64,000 bases of DNA, from positions 3,520,001 through 3,584,000 of the forward strand of contig CM000150.2 of the NCBI GenBank assembly GCA_000004695.1, in the 5' to 3' direction. The translations under genes and the position numbers were made by a program. Shown here in pieces: positions 14,468-33,342 of the stretch (its first letter is position 1; every line of letters begins with the position of its first letter). This stretch comes from Dictyostelium discoideum. Its lineage: Eukaryota. The notes under the pieces were generated by a model. The model was not told where the DNA came from. It saw nothing but the letters and a program-made list of their open reading frames with translations, and did no database searches.

Positions 14468-17400
14468 ATGAAAAATTTAATATTAATATTTTTTATTTTT
14501 TTATTTATTTCAAATGGTAAGTTTTTTTTTATTTTTTTTATTTTTAGAATTAAAAATTAACTATTATTATTCATTTCTTTTATTTTTTTTTTTTTTTTTT
14601 CCAATTTCCAATTTTTTCAATTATTTTTTAATTAACACTTTTTTTTTTTTTTTTTTTTTTTTCTTATTCTTTAAAAATAAAAAGTATATTCATATGTATC
14701 AACATGTAATGGACCTGATTCATATACAGCAAATTTAAAACCATGGAGTTATGGAAGTAGTTGGATTTCAGGTAAAATTCCAGTAACTGGAGATAAAGTA
14801 GAAATTCCATCAGGATATAGTATATTATTAGATGTATCAACACCAAGATTAACCCAAATTTGGATTCAAAGTGGTGGTCAATTAGTTATTAGTTCAAAAC
14901 ATGGACCATTGGAAATTATAACCGATGGTATATTAATTGAAGGTAGAATGGATGTTGGTGATGAAAATTGTAAATTTAATGAATCATTTACAGTTACACT
15001 TACTGGTATTGAAGGACAAGGATATATTGAAAAAAAGAGTGATATGCTCCAAAAGTATATTGGTGTTTTACCAGGTGGTTCATTGGAAGTTCATGGTTAT
15101 CTTAGTTATCCAATTCCAACATGGACTAAATTAAATAAAACAATCACTGGTGGAAGTACAATGATTATTAATGTTGCCGATGACGTTAGTATGTGGCCAG
15201 TTGGCTCAACAATTGTATTGGGTAGTACCGATTTTGATATGTACCAATCTGAAGAGGTTATAACTCTTTCATGTCCAGAATGTTCGGCTTATCAATTGAA
15301 AATCAATGGTTCAAAATATTATCATTTTGGTGCAATCACTTTTGGCGTCGATGAAAGGGCCGAAGTGGGTCTATTAACTAAAAATATTGTAGTACGTGGT
15401 GAAATGCAGCCAACTTGTAACGGTTCAAGAATTTGCGATTATTTCAATTTCGATGGGTTTGGTGGACATATTAAATTTGTTAAAGGCTTTGCAAATGGTC
15501 ATCTCGAGGGTATGGAAGTCTACAATATGGGTCAAACCTATAATGTTGGTTATTATCCAATTCATTTTCATATGTGTGGTGATGTAGATACAGGTTCCTA
15601 TGCAAATTGGCCAAGCTATGTAAAAGATGTTTCAATTCATCATACAAAGTCAAGATGTTTAACAATTCATGGTACAAGTGGTTTGGTTGTAGTGAATAAC
15701 TTTGCCTATGATCATTATGGACATTGTTATTTCTTTGAGGACGGTAGTGAACAAAGAAATTATTTAGATTCAAATGTTGGTTTAGTAACTCGTTATGGTT
15801 ACCTTTTACCATCAGATAGAGATGGAGATGTTTGTATCTTTGCCAATCCAACCGATTACAATGGAAATGCAATTGATATTGGAACATGTCAAGCGGTGGC
15901 CACTTTTTGGATTACAAACCCAAATAATTATTTAAAGAATAACGTTGCTGGTGGTTCTGCAAATACTGGTTTTTGGTTCCTTTTCCCCGAGGCAGTAAGT
16001 GGCATTTCATCTTATATTTCCGCTTATGACAATGTTTATCCACCATATATTCCAATTGGTAGTTTTGTAAATAACAAGGCCCATTCAAATGTTTTGCAAG
16101 GAATGAACATTGATCAATCTCATCAGATTCAACAACAAAGTGCAGATTATCCAAATCCTCATCTTTCAATGACCTATGGTCGTTATAAACCAAGAGTTGA
16201 CCCAACCAATCCATCTTCAGCACGTGCAACCTCTTTGATTTATCAATTTACAGCTTATAAAAATAAATGGAGAGGTTTATGGGCTAGAGGAGGTGATCTT
16301 GTTTTCCATTCATGTATTTTCTCAGAGAATGCAATCGGTGCAACTTTAGCAGCAGAGGGTGTAATGCAAGCAGATATGGGTTCAACTCAACAATGTATTG
16401 GTTGTACTTTTATTTTGGAAACAGAGAATGTTGGTCAAGCAACAAATGGTTTAAATACCTATGGTGGTGTTACACTTCCAGCCTACTATCAATTCAGTCA
16501 AAGAGGTATTGAAATTTATGATGGTCCTGTTATACTTCAATATTGTACCTTTATTGGATTCAATACCGATGGATCAAGAAATACAAGTGCAATTGGTTGG
16601 TTCCTTTATGATGATTGGATTTTCTCTACCACAAATCAATTGATTGGTTCAACTTTTATTAATTCAAATCTACGTGTATTAAATATACCATCCAATTATG
16701 ATGGTGCTAAACAACAAATTTTCCTTGATGCCGATGGTTCAGTCACTGGTACCAAGAATTCCTATGTTGTCCCAAGTGTTCCATACTTTTATTCAAGTAA
16801 AAGTGTTATAAATACCGCATGGAATATGTCAATCTCCACAGAGAAATTTGCATCACTCTATGTCTATAATAAAGATGTCGCAGGTAGTAATATACCAGAT
16901 TCAGCAGGAATTATCATGGTAAGAGATGAATATTCATATTATCGTCATATCCTTCAAGGCGTACCAAATGGATCACCAAGAAATACATTTTTACCAACAG
17001 TTATGCTTGGAAAGAGTTATACAATGCATTTCCCACATGCAACACCACCACATCTTCAAGTTCAATTAACAAATTTCGATCAAAGTGATCAAGTTATCGT
17101 TGGTATTTGTTATCCAACTTGGGGTGTCACTTTTGAAATCACTAAAAATGTTATTATCAACAATTGGAATGCTGTCGTTGAATCAGTGAAAATGGTTGAC
17201 TCATTGGATCAAGTTAAAAATGACACCAAAGGTTTATCAGCATACTATGATTCAGTGACAGGTTTATTATTCTTAAATGCAATTCAAGAAAGAACTCGTC
17301 AATGGAATTATTTTTGTCCAGATGTTGGTTGTGAAACTTTTGATATCCAAATAACTGGTTTGGGTGTAAACACAAATACTGGTTATTGTTCAAGCTCTTA

Positions 17401-17639
17401 TCCAAAATATTCCAAACTATCATTGGCAACAAGAGGTGGTTGTAATGGTGATCCAAATTTAGTATATGATATATGTGGCGTTTGTGGTGGTGATGGTTCA
17501 ACTTGCGGTGCTACCACAAATAAATTGGTAAATGAATTGGGTTTATCAAATTCAAATTCTGCAATTTCAATTAATTTATTACCATTTAATTTTATTTCAA
17601 TAACATTTTTAATTTTTTCAATAATAATAATTTTATTAT

Positions 17640-17641
<2 letters not shown>
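14468..17641 (+). CDS. secreted G8-domain / right-handed beta-helix protein (CEMIP/TMEM2-like) with hydrophobic C-terminal tail (probable GPI signal); 2 exons 14468..14516 and 14685..17641
   Basis: Exon 1 is a signal peptide MKNLILIFFIFLFISN, joined in phase 1 to exon 2. A G8-like segment WSYGSSWISGKIPVTGDKVEIPSGYSILLDVSTPRLTQIWIQSGGQLVISS follows. Many G/N-rich beta-helix-like repeats come next. The C-terminus LLPFNFISITFLIFSIIIILL is hydrophobic. Confidence 0.7.
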
Positions 17642-17670
<29 letters not shown>

Positions 17671-17790
17671 TTATATAAATAAATTAATAAATAAAAATAT
17701 ATTTAATATATTTTATTTATAATTTAAAAAAAAAAAATGTTTTGTTTTGTTTTATTTTTAGGTGCCAATTTTTGTTCTAAAATTAAATTT

Positions 17791-17828
<38 letters not shown>

Positions 17829-17959
17829 CAAAAAATTTCATAAATGAAAAATTGTTTCGTTATTTTCTCATATTTATTTTTTTTTTTTTTTTAACTTTAA
17901 ATAAAAAATAAATATCTTTTTTTTTTTTTTTTTTTTTTTAACTTTATATATAAAAAATA

Positions 17960-19386
17960 ATGTCACATAAAGATAGACGTGGAAATTCATCAAATGATGG
18001 AAGTTCTTGTAAATTTTCTTTTTTTTTTTTTTTTTATCAATTTAACAAATAAAATAAAAATACTAATTTTTGGAATAAAATAATAATAAAAATAATAATA
18101 ATATTAATAGTTAAGTTAAATGAAACTTTTACATCAAGTGAAGTTGAAGTTAAACCAACATTTGAATCAATGGGATTACGTGAAGAATTATTAAGAGGTA
18201 TTTTTAATTATGGATTTGAAAAACCATCAGCAATTCAACAACGTGCAATTTTACCAATTATTAAAGGTAGGGATACGATCGCACAAGCACAATCAGGTAC
18301 AGGTAAAACAGCAACATTTTCAATTGGAGCATTACAATGTGTAGAAGTGAATGTAAGATCACCTCAAGTTTTAATATTATCACCAACAAGAGAGTTAGCA
18401 CAACAAATTCAAAAGGTAGCATTGGCATTATCAGAGTTTATGAATATTCAAGTCCACGCATGTGTTGGTGGAAAGAATTTAAGTGATGATGTTAAGAAAT
18501 TAGAGACTGGTGTTCACATTGTTAGTGGTACACCAGGTCGTGTATTAGATATGATCACTCGTAAATCACTTCCAACTCGTCATATTAAAATGATGATTTT
18601 AGATGAGGCCGATGAGATGCTTTCATTGGGTTTTCAACAACAAATTAATGATGTATATAGATATTTACCAAATGGTACTCAAATCGTATTAGTATCAGCT
18701 ACTCTAACACAAGATGTAGTTTCAATGACTGAAAAATTTATGACAAAACCAGTTCGTATCCTATTGAAACGTGATGAACTCACTTTGGATGGTATCAAAC
18801 AATTCTTTGTATCTGTAGAGAAAGAAGATTGGAAATTCGGTACACTTTGCGATATCTACGATAGTCTTACAATCACTCAAGCTGTAATTTTTTGTAATAC
18901 TAAAAAGAAAGTAGATCAATTAACTGAACAAATGCGTGATGCTAATTTCACTGTAGCCTCAATGCATGGTGATATGGTACAAAAAGAAAGAGAAGAAATT
19001 ATTAAATCATTTAGATCTGGTGAAAAGTTTGGATTTTTTTTTTTTTTTTTTTTTTTTCTTCTTCAAAAAATCATAATTTCTGTTAATTAATTGATTCATA
19101 TACTAATTATTATTTTATTTTATTATTATTTAGTCGTGTTTTAATTACAACAGATATTTTAGCTAGAGGTATTGATGTTCAACAAGTTTCATTAGTTATA
19201 AATTATGATTTACCAATAGATCGTGAAAATTACATTCACAGAATAGGTAGATCCGGTAGATTTGGTCGTAAGGGTGTTGCAATTAATTTCGTTAAAAACT
19301 CTGACATTAGAATTTTAAGAGATATTGAACAATTTTATTCTACTCAAATTGATGAAATGCCTGTAAATTTTGCTTCAATCATTTAA
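17960..19386 (+). CDS. eIF4A-family DEAD-box helicase, closest to eIF4A-III; 3 exons 17960..18008, 18111..19026, 19134..19386
   Basis: Contains [38 protein letters not shown] and SAT. The C-terminus [42 protein letters not shown] favours the eIF4A3-like form. The second donor is a weak GTTTGG. Confidence 0.7.
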
Positions 19387-19580
19387 AAAAAAAAATAAAT
19401 AAAAAATTAATAAATAAATGGAAATATATTGAAATAAAATTATAAATATTATTTTTTTTATAAAATTATAATTTAATTATTATTAATTATTTATTTTTTA
19501 CAATTAATATAATAATAATAATAATAATTTTATTTTATTTATTCATTTTTTTTTAATATTACTTTATATTTTATTTTTTT

Positions 19581-21510
19581 TTACTTTTTAGCATTCATTA
19601 CTTCAAGTTTTGTTGAATTTTTAGGTTCTAATAAAATTGATTGTTCATAAGTATCATCTTCAAATTTTTTCTTATCACTCATATGAGGTAATTCACAAAG
19701 GAAACCTAATACTGAAGGTTTTGGTTTAATTGTATAACCTTGTTGTTGATATTGTTGGATTTCCAAAATGGTATTAAAGATCATTTCTCTCTTTTTAAAG
19801 TTAATTAAACCTTTGATTTCATCTTGATTTCCATCTTCAATAAAGGTTAAATCGGTTAAATAGATACCCAAGTATGGTATTAATGGTGGACATGTTGAAT
19901 GAATTATATCACGATATACTTTATGAGATTTTTTGGTATCCAGGAATTTACATAGGAAATCGAATTTCTTTTGATACTGTTTTGAGATTAATGATTTGGT
20001 ATGATTTAAACGATAAACTCCACTTGCCATTAAACCACTTAAGCCAGCTAATAGTCCATTGAAATTTGAAAGTTTATAAAGTGCATAACAAATCTTTATC
20101 ATTTTTAACATCATTTTCGATCTTTGTTTAATATCGTTCTCTCTAAGTATTGCCCAAGAAACAAATGAACTAAAACTATTGAATCTATTGACCATCGAAG
20201 CAATATTTGGTGTATTGGTTTTTTGATCAGGTTTTGACCAAGCTTGATTCAATAATTCAATCTCTTCAATGGATTTATAGGAATCGAAATCTAACAAAGT
20301 TAATTGTTCAGCAATATCAGTTGAACTTTGTGAGAAAATAAACTCTGTTGAATATTTCATCCAAAATATCTTTGCCTTTGGTATACCTTGGCCATTATTT
20401 ATTATTGGTAATTGTAATCTATCTTTTTGTTTTTGTTGTTTAAATTTCTTTAATATTAAATCACTATATTGGCCATGTCCATTTCTTCTTGTTGAATTTA
20501 AAAATGCTGTTAACATTTTAAATAATGATGGTTGTTGTATTGTGCTATTTTGTAAATTCGTACTTTGTTGTAATTGAGGTTGAGGTTGTTGTGGTTGAGG
20601 TTGTGGTTGTGGTTGTGTCGTTGAGTTTTGTATTGGCTGAGTTGATTGTGTTGTAATTTGTGGTGGTTGTTGGAAATCACTTGGATATTGTTCTATCCAT
20701 AATCTTAAAACATTTAAAACTCTTAATTGTATTGGAATTTGAATTTTTTGAACAAATTGATATGGTACAATATTCTTTAGATTTGGTGTAAAATAACGTT
20801 GAATTAATTTCATTAAGAATATATCACCTGTTGTAAATGATCTATAAGTTGTGATAAAAGTTTTTGTGAATCTTAATTCGGTATTTGATTCACATGTTAA
20901 CTTTAAAATCAATTGATTCAACGAAGCATATTTAATTGATCTATAGAATTTATCATCAATATTGGTATTGTTTATATAGTAAACGTTTATGTCTTCCTTT
21001 TCTTCTTCTAACCAAATAGAAGTATCAACTTTATCTTTACTAGTTAAATGATTGTAAACCTCCATAAAACTTTCAATTGCATATTGTAATTGATTCTCTT
21101 CGAATGATGATGATCTCGATTGCAATCCACCAACAATACCACCATTACCAACACTCAATGTTGTACCTAATCCACCGCCACCACTTCCACCAATACCATT
21201 TGAAGGCATTATTGGTTGAGGTTGTGAGAAATTACCAGTTGAAAATGATTTACCAATACTTCTATTATTTATCATTACATTATTTGAACTTGAACTTAAT
21301 AAATGGTGATGACTATGATTATATTCACGATTATGATTATGAAATTGGTGTGGTGGTAATAATAGATTTGGTGTTGATGAATTTGGTGAATTTGTTGATG
21401 ATACATTTGCTAAATCACCAATTGTTGTTGAACTTGATAATGTTGATGTTGATGAATTATTATAATTATGACCACTTTTATTTGTTTCATTTTTATTTTC
21501 ATTTTTATTT

Positions 21511-21584
<74 letters not shown>

Positions 21585-21818
21585 GGGATTGTTGGCATTG
21601 TTTGTATTGCTATTTTGACCTTCTTTTCCCATTAATGAATTTAATATATCCATTGTATTTAATTGAAAGGTTGGTGTTGATTCAGCAGAGTTATTATTTT
21701 GATTTACAACACCAAACTTTCCACCAGTAGCATTATAAACTAACATTGATGTAGGCGAGATTGAGGAATAGTGTGGTTTTCTATTTAATTGTTGTTGTTG
21801 TTGAGATTGAGATTGTAT

Positions 21819-21915
<97 letters not shown>

Positions 21916-21938
21916 GATTGAGATTGTATTTGTTGTGG

Positions 21939-21993
<55 letters not shown>

Positions 21994-23220
21994 AAAATTT
22001 GTTGAATATGATGTTGTGAGGCAGCAGATGATGGAGTTTGAGTTGAGGATGAAAATGATAGGGAAGCTGATGAAGAAACAGGTGTTGTATAAGAACTTGT
22101 ACTTGCACTACTTCCACTTGAGGTATTTCTTTTTACATAAGTCATTGGTGAATCGGTAGATAAAGAATGTGATAGAAATAAACCACATTTCGGAGATGAT
22201 ACTGATTCATTATTATTACCACTGTCAACATAATAATTTGAACTTAAATTATTACCAATTAATTTTGTATATTCTTTTGAAAATGTATCCAATTTCGATA
22301 AAACTTTATTTATTGTTAAAACAATATCATCATCTTTTGATGACGAGTATGAAGATGATAGCAAAGAGGAATGAGAAGATTTAATTGTATTTGATGGATT
22401 AGTTGTAGTGTTTGTAGTGGTTGTGGTGGTGGTAGTAGTGGTTGTAGTATTATTATTTGTAAAAATATCCATTTCAATGAAATCCAAATGATCACTAATT
22501 GAAGGGAATAATTGTTGGGTAGAATAAAACAATTGGTTTGAAACTTCACTTAATTCTTTACTTTTCTTTCTTGTATCTGTTAAATCAATTAATTGAACTT
22601 GGTATAAGAAATCATTTGAATTCTTTATTAGAGATATGAATATTTCTTGTGCTATACAATAGGATGTATTATTTTCAAATAGTATTGAAATATCTTTATT
22701 ATTATTATTATTATTATTATTAATATATTCTTCATCAGTTAGATAAGTATCCAATAGCTCATATAAATAATTTTGAATTTTTTTACATTGATCCATAATT
22801 TCCAAATAAACTTCTTGAATTAATTGAATTTTAAATGATGGAGATTTCATCATTTTCAAAGCAGGTTTTTTATATGGTACATTATTGTTATTATTATTTG
22901 TATTGTTATTATTGTTATTATTATATACATTTAGATTATTTCCATAAGTAGTTGTTGTAGTTGTTGTGGTAGTTGTTGAATTGGTATTTGTTGTATTTGT
23001 ACAGTCAGTGTAATTACTCATTGTATCATCACAATCGATATAACATGATGATGATTGAGTTGGACTATTAATTACACTATTATTACCAGTTTTACTGACA
23101 TTAATACTTATATTATTTGAATTATTACTATTATTATTATTATTATTACTACTATTGGATATATTTGAATTATTGTTACTATTATTATTATTATTAGAGT
23201 TAATAATGCTATTATTATTA

Positions 23221-23257
<37 letters not shown>

Positions 23258-24525
23258 TATTATTATTATTATTGTTATTATTACTAAATGTTAAAGTATT
23301 AATATTATTATATGAAGAATTACTTGGTGATGAAATCGATGGAAATGAAGAAAGTGATAAATTTAAATCGTTCGGTGAATTAATTTCCTCACTACTTATA
23401 CTATCATTACTGTCTGTCATATCGATATTCGAACCACTATTTAAAATTAAATTTGGATTATTCCAAAAATGGATTTTCAAAAACTTTTTTAATTGCTGAA
23501 ATAATTCTATCCTTTTTATATTTATATCACCTGTTTATTTTTTAAAATTAAATTATTTTTTTATAAAAAAAATGTTAATAATACTCACATTTATGAAAAT
23601 TAAAAATAGAAAAAAAAAGTGAATATAATAAACATACCATGATAAAATTCAAATTTAATTTCTTTTAATAAAAATTTTACAGATTTTACAACACTATATT
23701 TTATAGATGGATTTATTAAATTTGATTGTTTTAATAAATTTTTACAATCTTTTTCTAATTGAATAATTGATTCTTTAAAATCCTATAAATTTTTAAAAAA
23801 AAAAAAAAAAAAAAAAAAGATAAAAAAAAATTATATATATTAATATTAATATATATATAAATCTATATATATAAATCTATATCTATCTATATGAAAAATT
23901 AAAATAATTAGTTTTTAAAATATAATTTACAATTAAATTTGTTTTATATTTTCTATCAGTTTGTTCAGTTGTATTTGATTTTAAATTTACTAAATTTGAA
24001 AGTTGTTTTTCTATATTTGATATTATTTCTAATGTTGAAATTCCAATAAATTCTTCACATTTAATAAATTGTTTTAAAATTGGAAATTTTCCAAGATAAT
24101 CAATTTCTTCAATTAGAAAAGTTTCATTATCACTCTCTACTATTATAATACCTTTATTCAGATTAAAATATTGTGATCCCATTGAAGAATTTATAATTAT
24201 ACCATTGTTATTAATATTACTACCATTTCCATTATTATTATTATTATCCCTATAATTATCCATCCTTCTACCTATTAAATTCGATATATTATATATTTTC
24301 TGTTGTTTTTCATTTTCTAAAATCTATAATTATTATTATAATTTTTTTTTATAATAAATTAAATTTTAATAAATTATTTTTGTTTTTTTTTTTTTTTATT
24401 TGGAGAGAAAGTCTTTCTCTTACTTTTAAATATAATTTTTTATTTTCTTCTATAAAGTCGAAAGAAATTACTTGATCTAAGGTATTGAATCTATTTTCAT
24501 TCCAACCCCATAAAATTACAACCAT
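19581..24525 (-). CDS. RasGEF (REM + CDC25 catalytic domain) with long polyN/polyQ/polyT tracts; exons complement(24424..24525, 23931..24323, 23638..23782, 19581..23530)
   Basis: The RasGEF N-terminal motif is LILKLTCESNTELRFTKTFITTYRSFTTGDIFLMKLIQRY. The CDC25-domain motifs are DIAEQLTLLDFDSYKSI and LIPYLGIYLTDLTFIEDGN. Three upstream exons were found by donor/acceptor and phase checks and extend the start to ATG at 24525. Confidence 0.75.
21790..21995. repeat. (CAA)n/(TTG)n coding repeat (polyQ) within RasGEF; flanked by (AAT)n polyN at 21485-21585
   Basis: Seen directly. It explains the spurious plus-strand polyV/polyL ORFs in the track. Confidence 0.95.
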
Positions 24526-24932
24526 TTTATTGATTTCTATAATTTCTTTCCTCAAGAGGAAATTTTTTTTCTTTTTTTATTACTTTTTTTTTATTTCTGT
24601 TTGTTTTGTTTTGTTTTTTTTATTTTTTGTTTTTTTTATTATTATTTTTTTTTTTTTTTTATTCTTTTTTTATTCTTTTTTTTAAAAATAATCTCTTTAA
24701 AGTGTTTTCACATGTGCTCTTAATTTTCAACTAAATTTAATCTATTCTAAATTAATTTATTTGGCAATGCTATTTTTAATTTTATCGAATTATTTTTAAA
24801 ACTCTACAAAATGGGAAATTTGAAATAAATAAAATACTATAATCCTGTTATAATAATAATAATAAATAAAAAATAAAATAATAATAAAAATAATAAAAAT
24901 AATAATAATAAACCTTTTGATTGTATTTTGAT

Positions 24933-24986
<54 letters not shown>

Positions 24987-25374
24987 TATTTATTTTTTTT
25001 TTTTTTAATTAAAAAAATTATAAATTATTTATTTATTATATATAACTATTTATTTATATTTTAGGGAGCTTGTTGTACATAAGTTTTTTATTATTATTAT
25101 TATTTTTATTATTATTATTATTATTATTAATATGTGTGTGCTAGTGGTGGTTGTTGTTATTATTTGGATTTTTTATTTTTACAATACAATTATTGGTGGA
25201 TTTGATTGATTAATGATAACTATTATTAATTTAATTATTTTTATTTATTATTATTTTATTGTTAATATTAAAAAAAATAAATAAATAAATAAAAAAATAG
25301 AAAATAAAAAAAATAAAAAAAATAAAAATAAAAAAAAAAAAAGAAAAATTTAATAATGAGCTCTTATTTTGTGT

Positions 25375-25425
25375 GAATGTGTGTGTGTGTGAGTGTGTGT
25401 GAGTGTGTGTTGTTTTGAGTGTGGT
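25375..25425. promoter_or_regulatory. GT-rich (GTGTGTGAGTGTGTG) element, G-box/CA-rich-element-like, in the divergent intergenic region upstream of the RasGEF
   Basis: A GC-containing simple motif that stands out in a region of more than 85% AT. It resembles GBF-type G-box or CAE elements of developmental promoters. This is inference only. Confidence 0.3.
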
Positions 25426-25673
25426 ATCCACATATATAAAAAAGAGTGTGCTAGTAATTTTGATTAAAAAAATACACCACAGAAGCTTACCATTACCTTT
25501 TATTCTCAACTTTTTTTTTTTTTTTTTTTATTTTTATTTTTATTTTTTCCAATTATTATTATATTTTGTTTCTGTACTAAAATTTATGTTGTGATTAAAA
25601 AGGACTGTTATTATCATTATTATTAACATGTTAATATTATTATTATTATTAATTTAATAATGAATTTTAAAAA

Positions 25674-25708
<35 letters not shown>

Positions 25709-26329
25709 CTTTAAAATACAAAATATTCATATTGCTAAATTTATATAAAAAAGCTATTTTTATACAATCACAATCAATTCTCCTATTAGATTTTCAACAC
25801 ACAAGCACACCCCATGCAAATTTTAATTTATATATACATATTTTTATATATATTTATATACAAGTTGTCAAAATAATCAGATCTTTTATTTTTTATTTTT
25901 TATTTTTTTTTATTTTTTATTTTTTATTTTTATCTGGGTTATTTTCAATAATAAATAAAAATAGAAAAAAACAAAACTATTATTAATTTAATTTTAATTT
26001 TTTTTTTAATTTTTTTTGTTTTTTTAATTTTTTTTTTTTTTTTTTTTTTTCCAACAGTTAAAAAAAAAACAATAATAATAAAAACAATAAAAATAATAAT
26101 AATAAAAATAATAATAAATAAAAAATATTAAAACCATAGTTATATATAAAAGAGAGGTTAATGAATGACACTAAACAATTAATCCAATAACCTGCATGCA
26201 TTCATACAGATAAAAACTACTAGTTAATATTTCATCTTTGAAATTTCCACACACTCACTCACAAAAAATTTGAGTACACTAAACAAGATTCAAAGAGATT
26301 AATTAAATAAATTGGAGATGGGTGAATGA

Positions 26330-26371
<42 letters not shown>

Positions 26372-26582
26372 TAATTTAAACAATTTTTATTATAATCTAA
26401 ATGTTGATTGTTTTTGATTTAAATCTAAAAATAATTTTTGAAGTGCATGGTGGTGTTTTAAAAAGGAAATTTATTTTTTTTTAAAAAAAAAAAGGAATGA
26501 AAAATAAAATTAAAAATTAAAATTAAAATAAAAATGAAACAATTATAAAAAAATAAATAAAATTATAAATTATAAAATTATA

Positions 26583-26613
<31 letters not shown>

Positions 26614-26767
26614 GTTGAACAAAATTTTAAAATAAATTTAAAAATATAAAAATAATAATGGTATTTAAAGTTTTTTTAATGATTTTGATGTGATCAAAAA
26701 TAAACAAAAAAAAAAAAAAATAAAAAAAAAATAAAAAAATAAAAAAAAAAAAAATTAAAAAAACTCA

Positions 26768-26804
<37 letters not shown>

Positions 26805-26899
26805 ACTTATTTTATATATTATTTACACAAATTCACCTTTCTCACACAAACTCACTTAACTCACCCCAAACCAAAATAACCTATTGTATATAAATTGAT

Positions 26900-27013
26900 A
26901 AACGTATTATTAAATACTCACTTTCACTCACTTCACTCTCACTCTCACTCCCACTGCATTCTTCACCTCCAAAACAAAACTATAAATACTTATTTATTTA
27001 TTTAATAAAACAC

Positions 27014-27055
<42 letters not shown>

Positions 27056-27170
27056 GCAAATTTGTTAATAGTAAAAGCAACCCACACTCACTCACTCACT
27101 CACACACAAAACATTAAAAAACAGAAAATATAGAATATAATATAAATATAGACACACACTCACCCTCACT
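26900..27170. promoter_or_regulatory. cluster of CACTCAC / CTCACT C-rich repeats upstream of CNOT9 (likely promoter or 5'UTR elements)
   Basis: cactttcactcacttcactctcactctcactcccactg and cccacactcactcactcactcacacac lie 100-350 bp upstream of the ATG at 27267. Confidence 0.3.
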
Positions 27171-27266
27171 CATATATATACAACATACATTTAAGTACAA
27201 AGAAAGACAAAAACAATAATAATAAATAATAATAATAAATAATAATAATAACAATAACTGATTTAA

Positions 27267-28768
<1,502 letters not shown>

Positions 28769-29386
28769 TTAGTGTATCATTAATCAAACCTAAAATAAAA
28801 AAAAAAAACTAAAAATAAACAAAAAAAAAATAAAAATAAAAAAAAAAATCTAAAAATAAACAAAAAAAAAAATAAAAAATAAAATAAAAAAAAAAAAATT
28901 TTAAAATAAATAAATAAATTTTAATAATAAAAAATAAAATATAAAGAAAAAAAATAAAAAAAGGAATAATTACTTAGCAATTTTTGCTTTTTATTTTATT
29001 TTTTTATATTATTATACATAAACAAATTATAATTTCGGATAAATGATAAGGATTTATCTTATTGTCGGGGACATTAAATGTAATATGATATTTTAATTAT
29101 TATTTTTTTTTTTTTTTTTAATTTTTTATTTTTTTTTTTTTTTTTTTATTTTTTTTAATTTTTGAAATTTTTTTTTTTATTTTTTTAATGTTGTTCAGAC
29201 TTTTTTTTTATTTTTTATTTTTTATTTTTTATTTTTTATTTTTTTTATTATTTATTTTTTATATATATTAAAAAAGAAATCAATAGCAATAAAATATTTA
29301 TACAATAAAAAAAAAAAAAAAAAGTTTATTAGAGTTGTTGTCCATTATTATTATTTTTTAAACTTTTTTTTTTTTATAAAAAAAGA

Positions 29387-33055
<3,669 letters not shown>

Positions 33056-33191
33056 AGTACCTTAAATAAAAAAAAATAAAAAAAAAAAGAAAAAAAAAAA
33101 AAAAAAAAAGAATTAAAAAGGTTTTATAATCCATTTTTTTTTTGATTTTTTTTTTTAGGTTTAAAAAAATAATAACAAATAATTAACAATA

Positions 33192-33260
<69 letters not shown>

Positions 33261-33342
33261 CAATAAAGTATTAAATAATAACTTTTTTTTCTTTTAATCT
33301 ATTTTTAGAAATTGTATTGTTTTTTTTTTTTTTTTTTAAATT

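Noticed and set aside
21761-22159. Plus-strand ORFs encoding polyV and polyL (132 aa and 68 aa), and minus-strand polyN ORFs
   Set aside because: They are alternative-frame or antisense readings of the (CAA)n/(AAT)n coding repeats of the minus-strand RasGEF. They are not independent genes.
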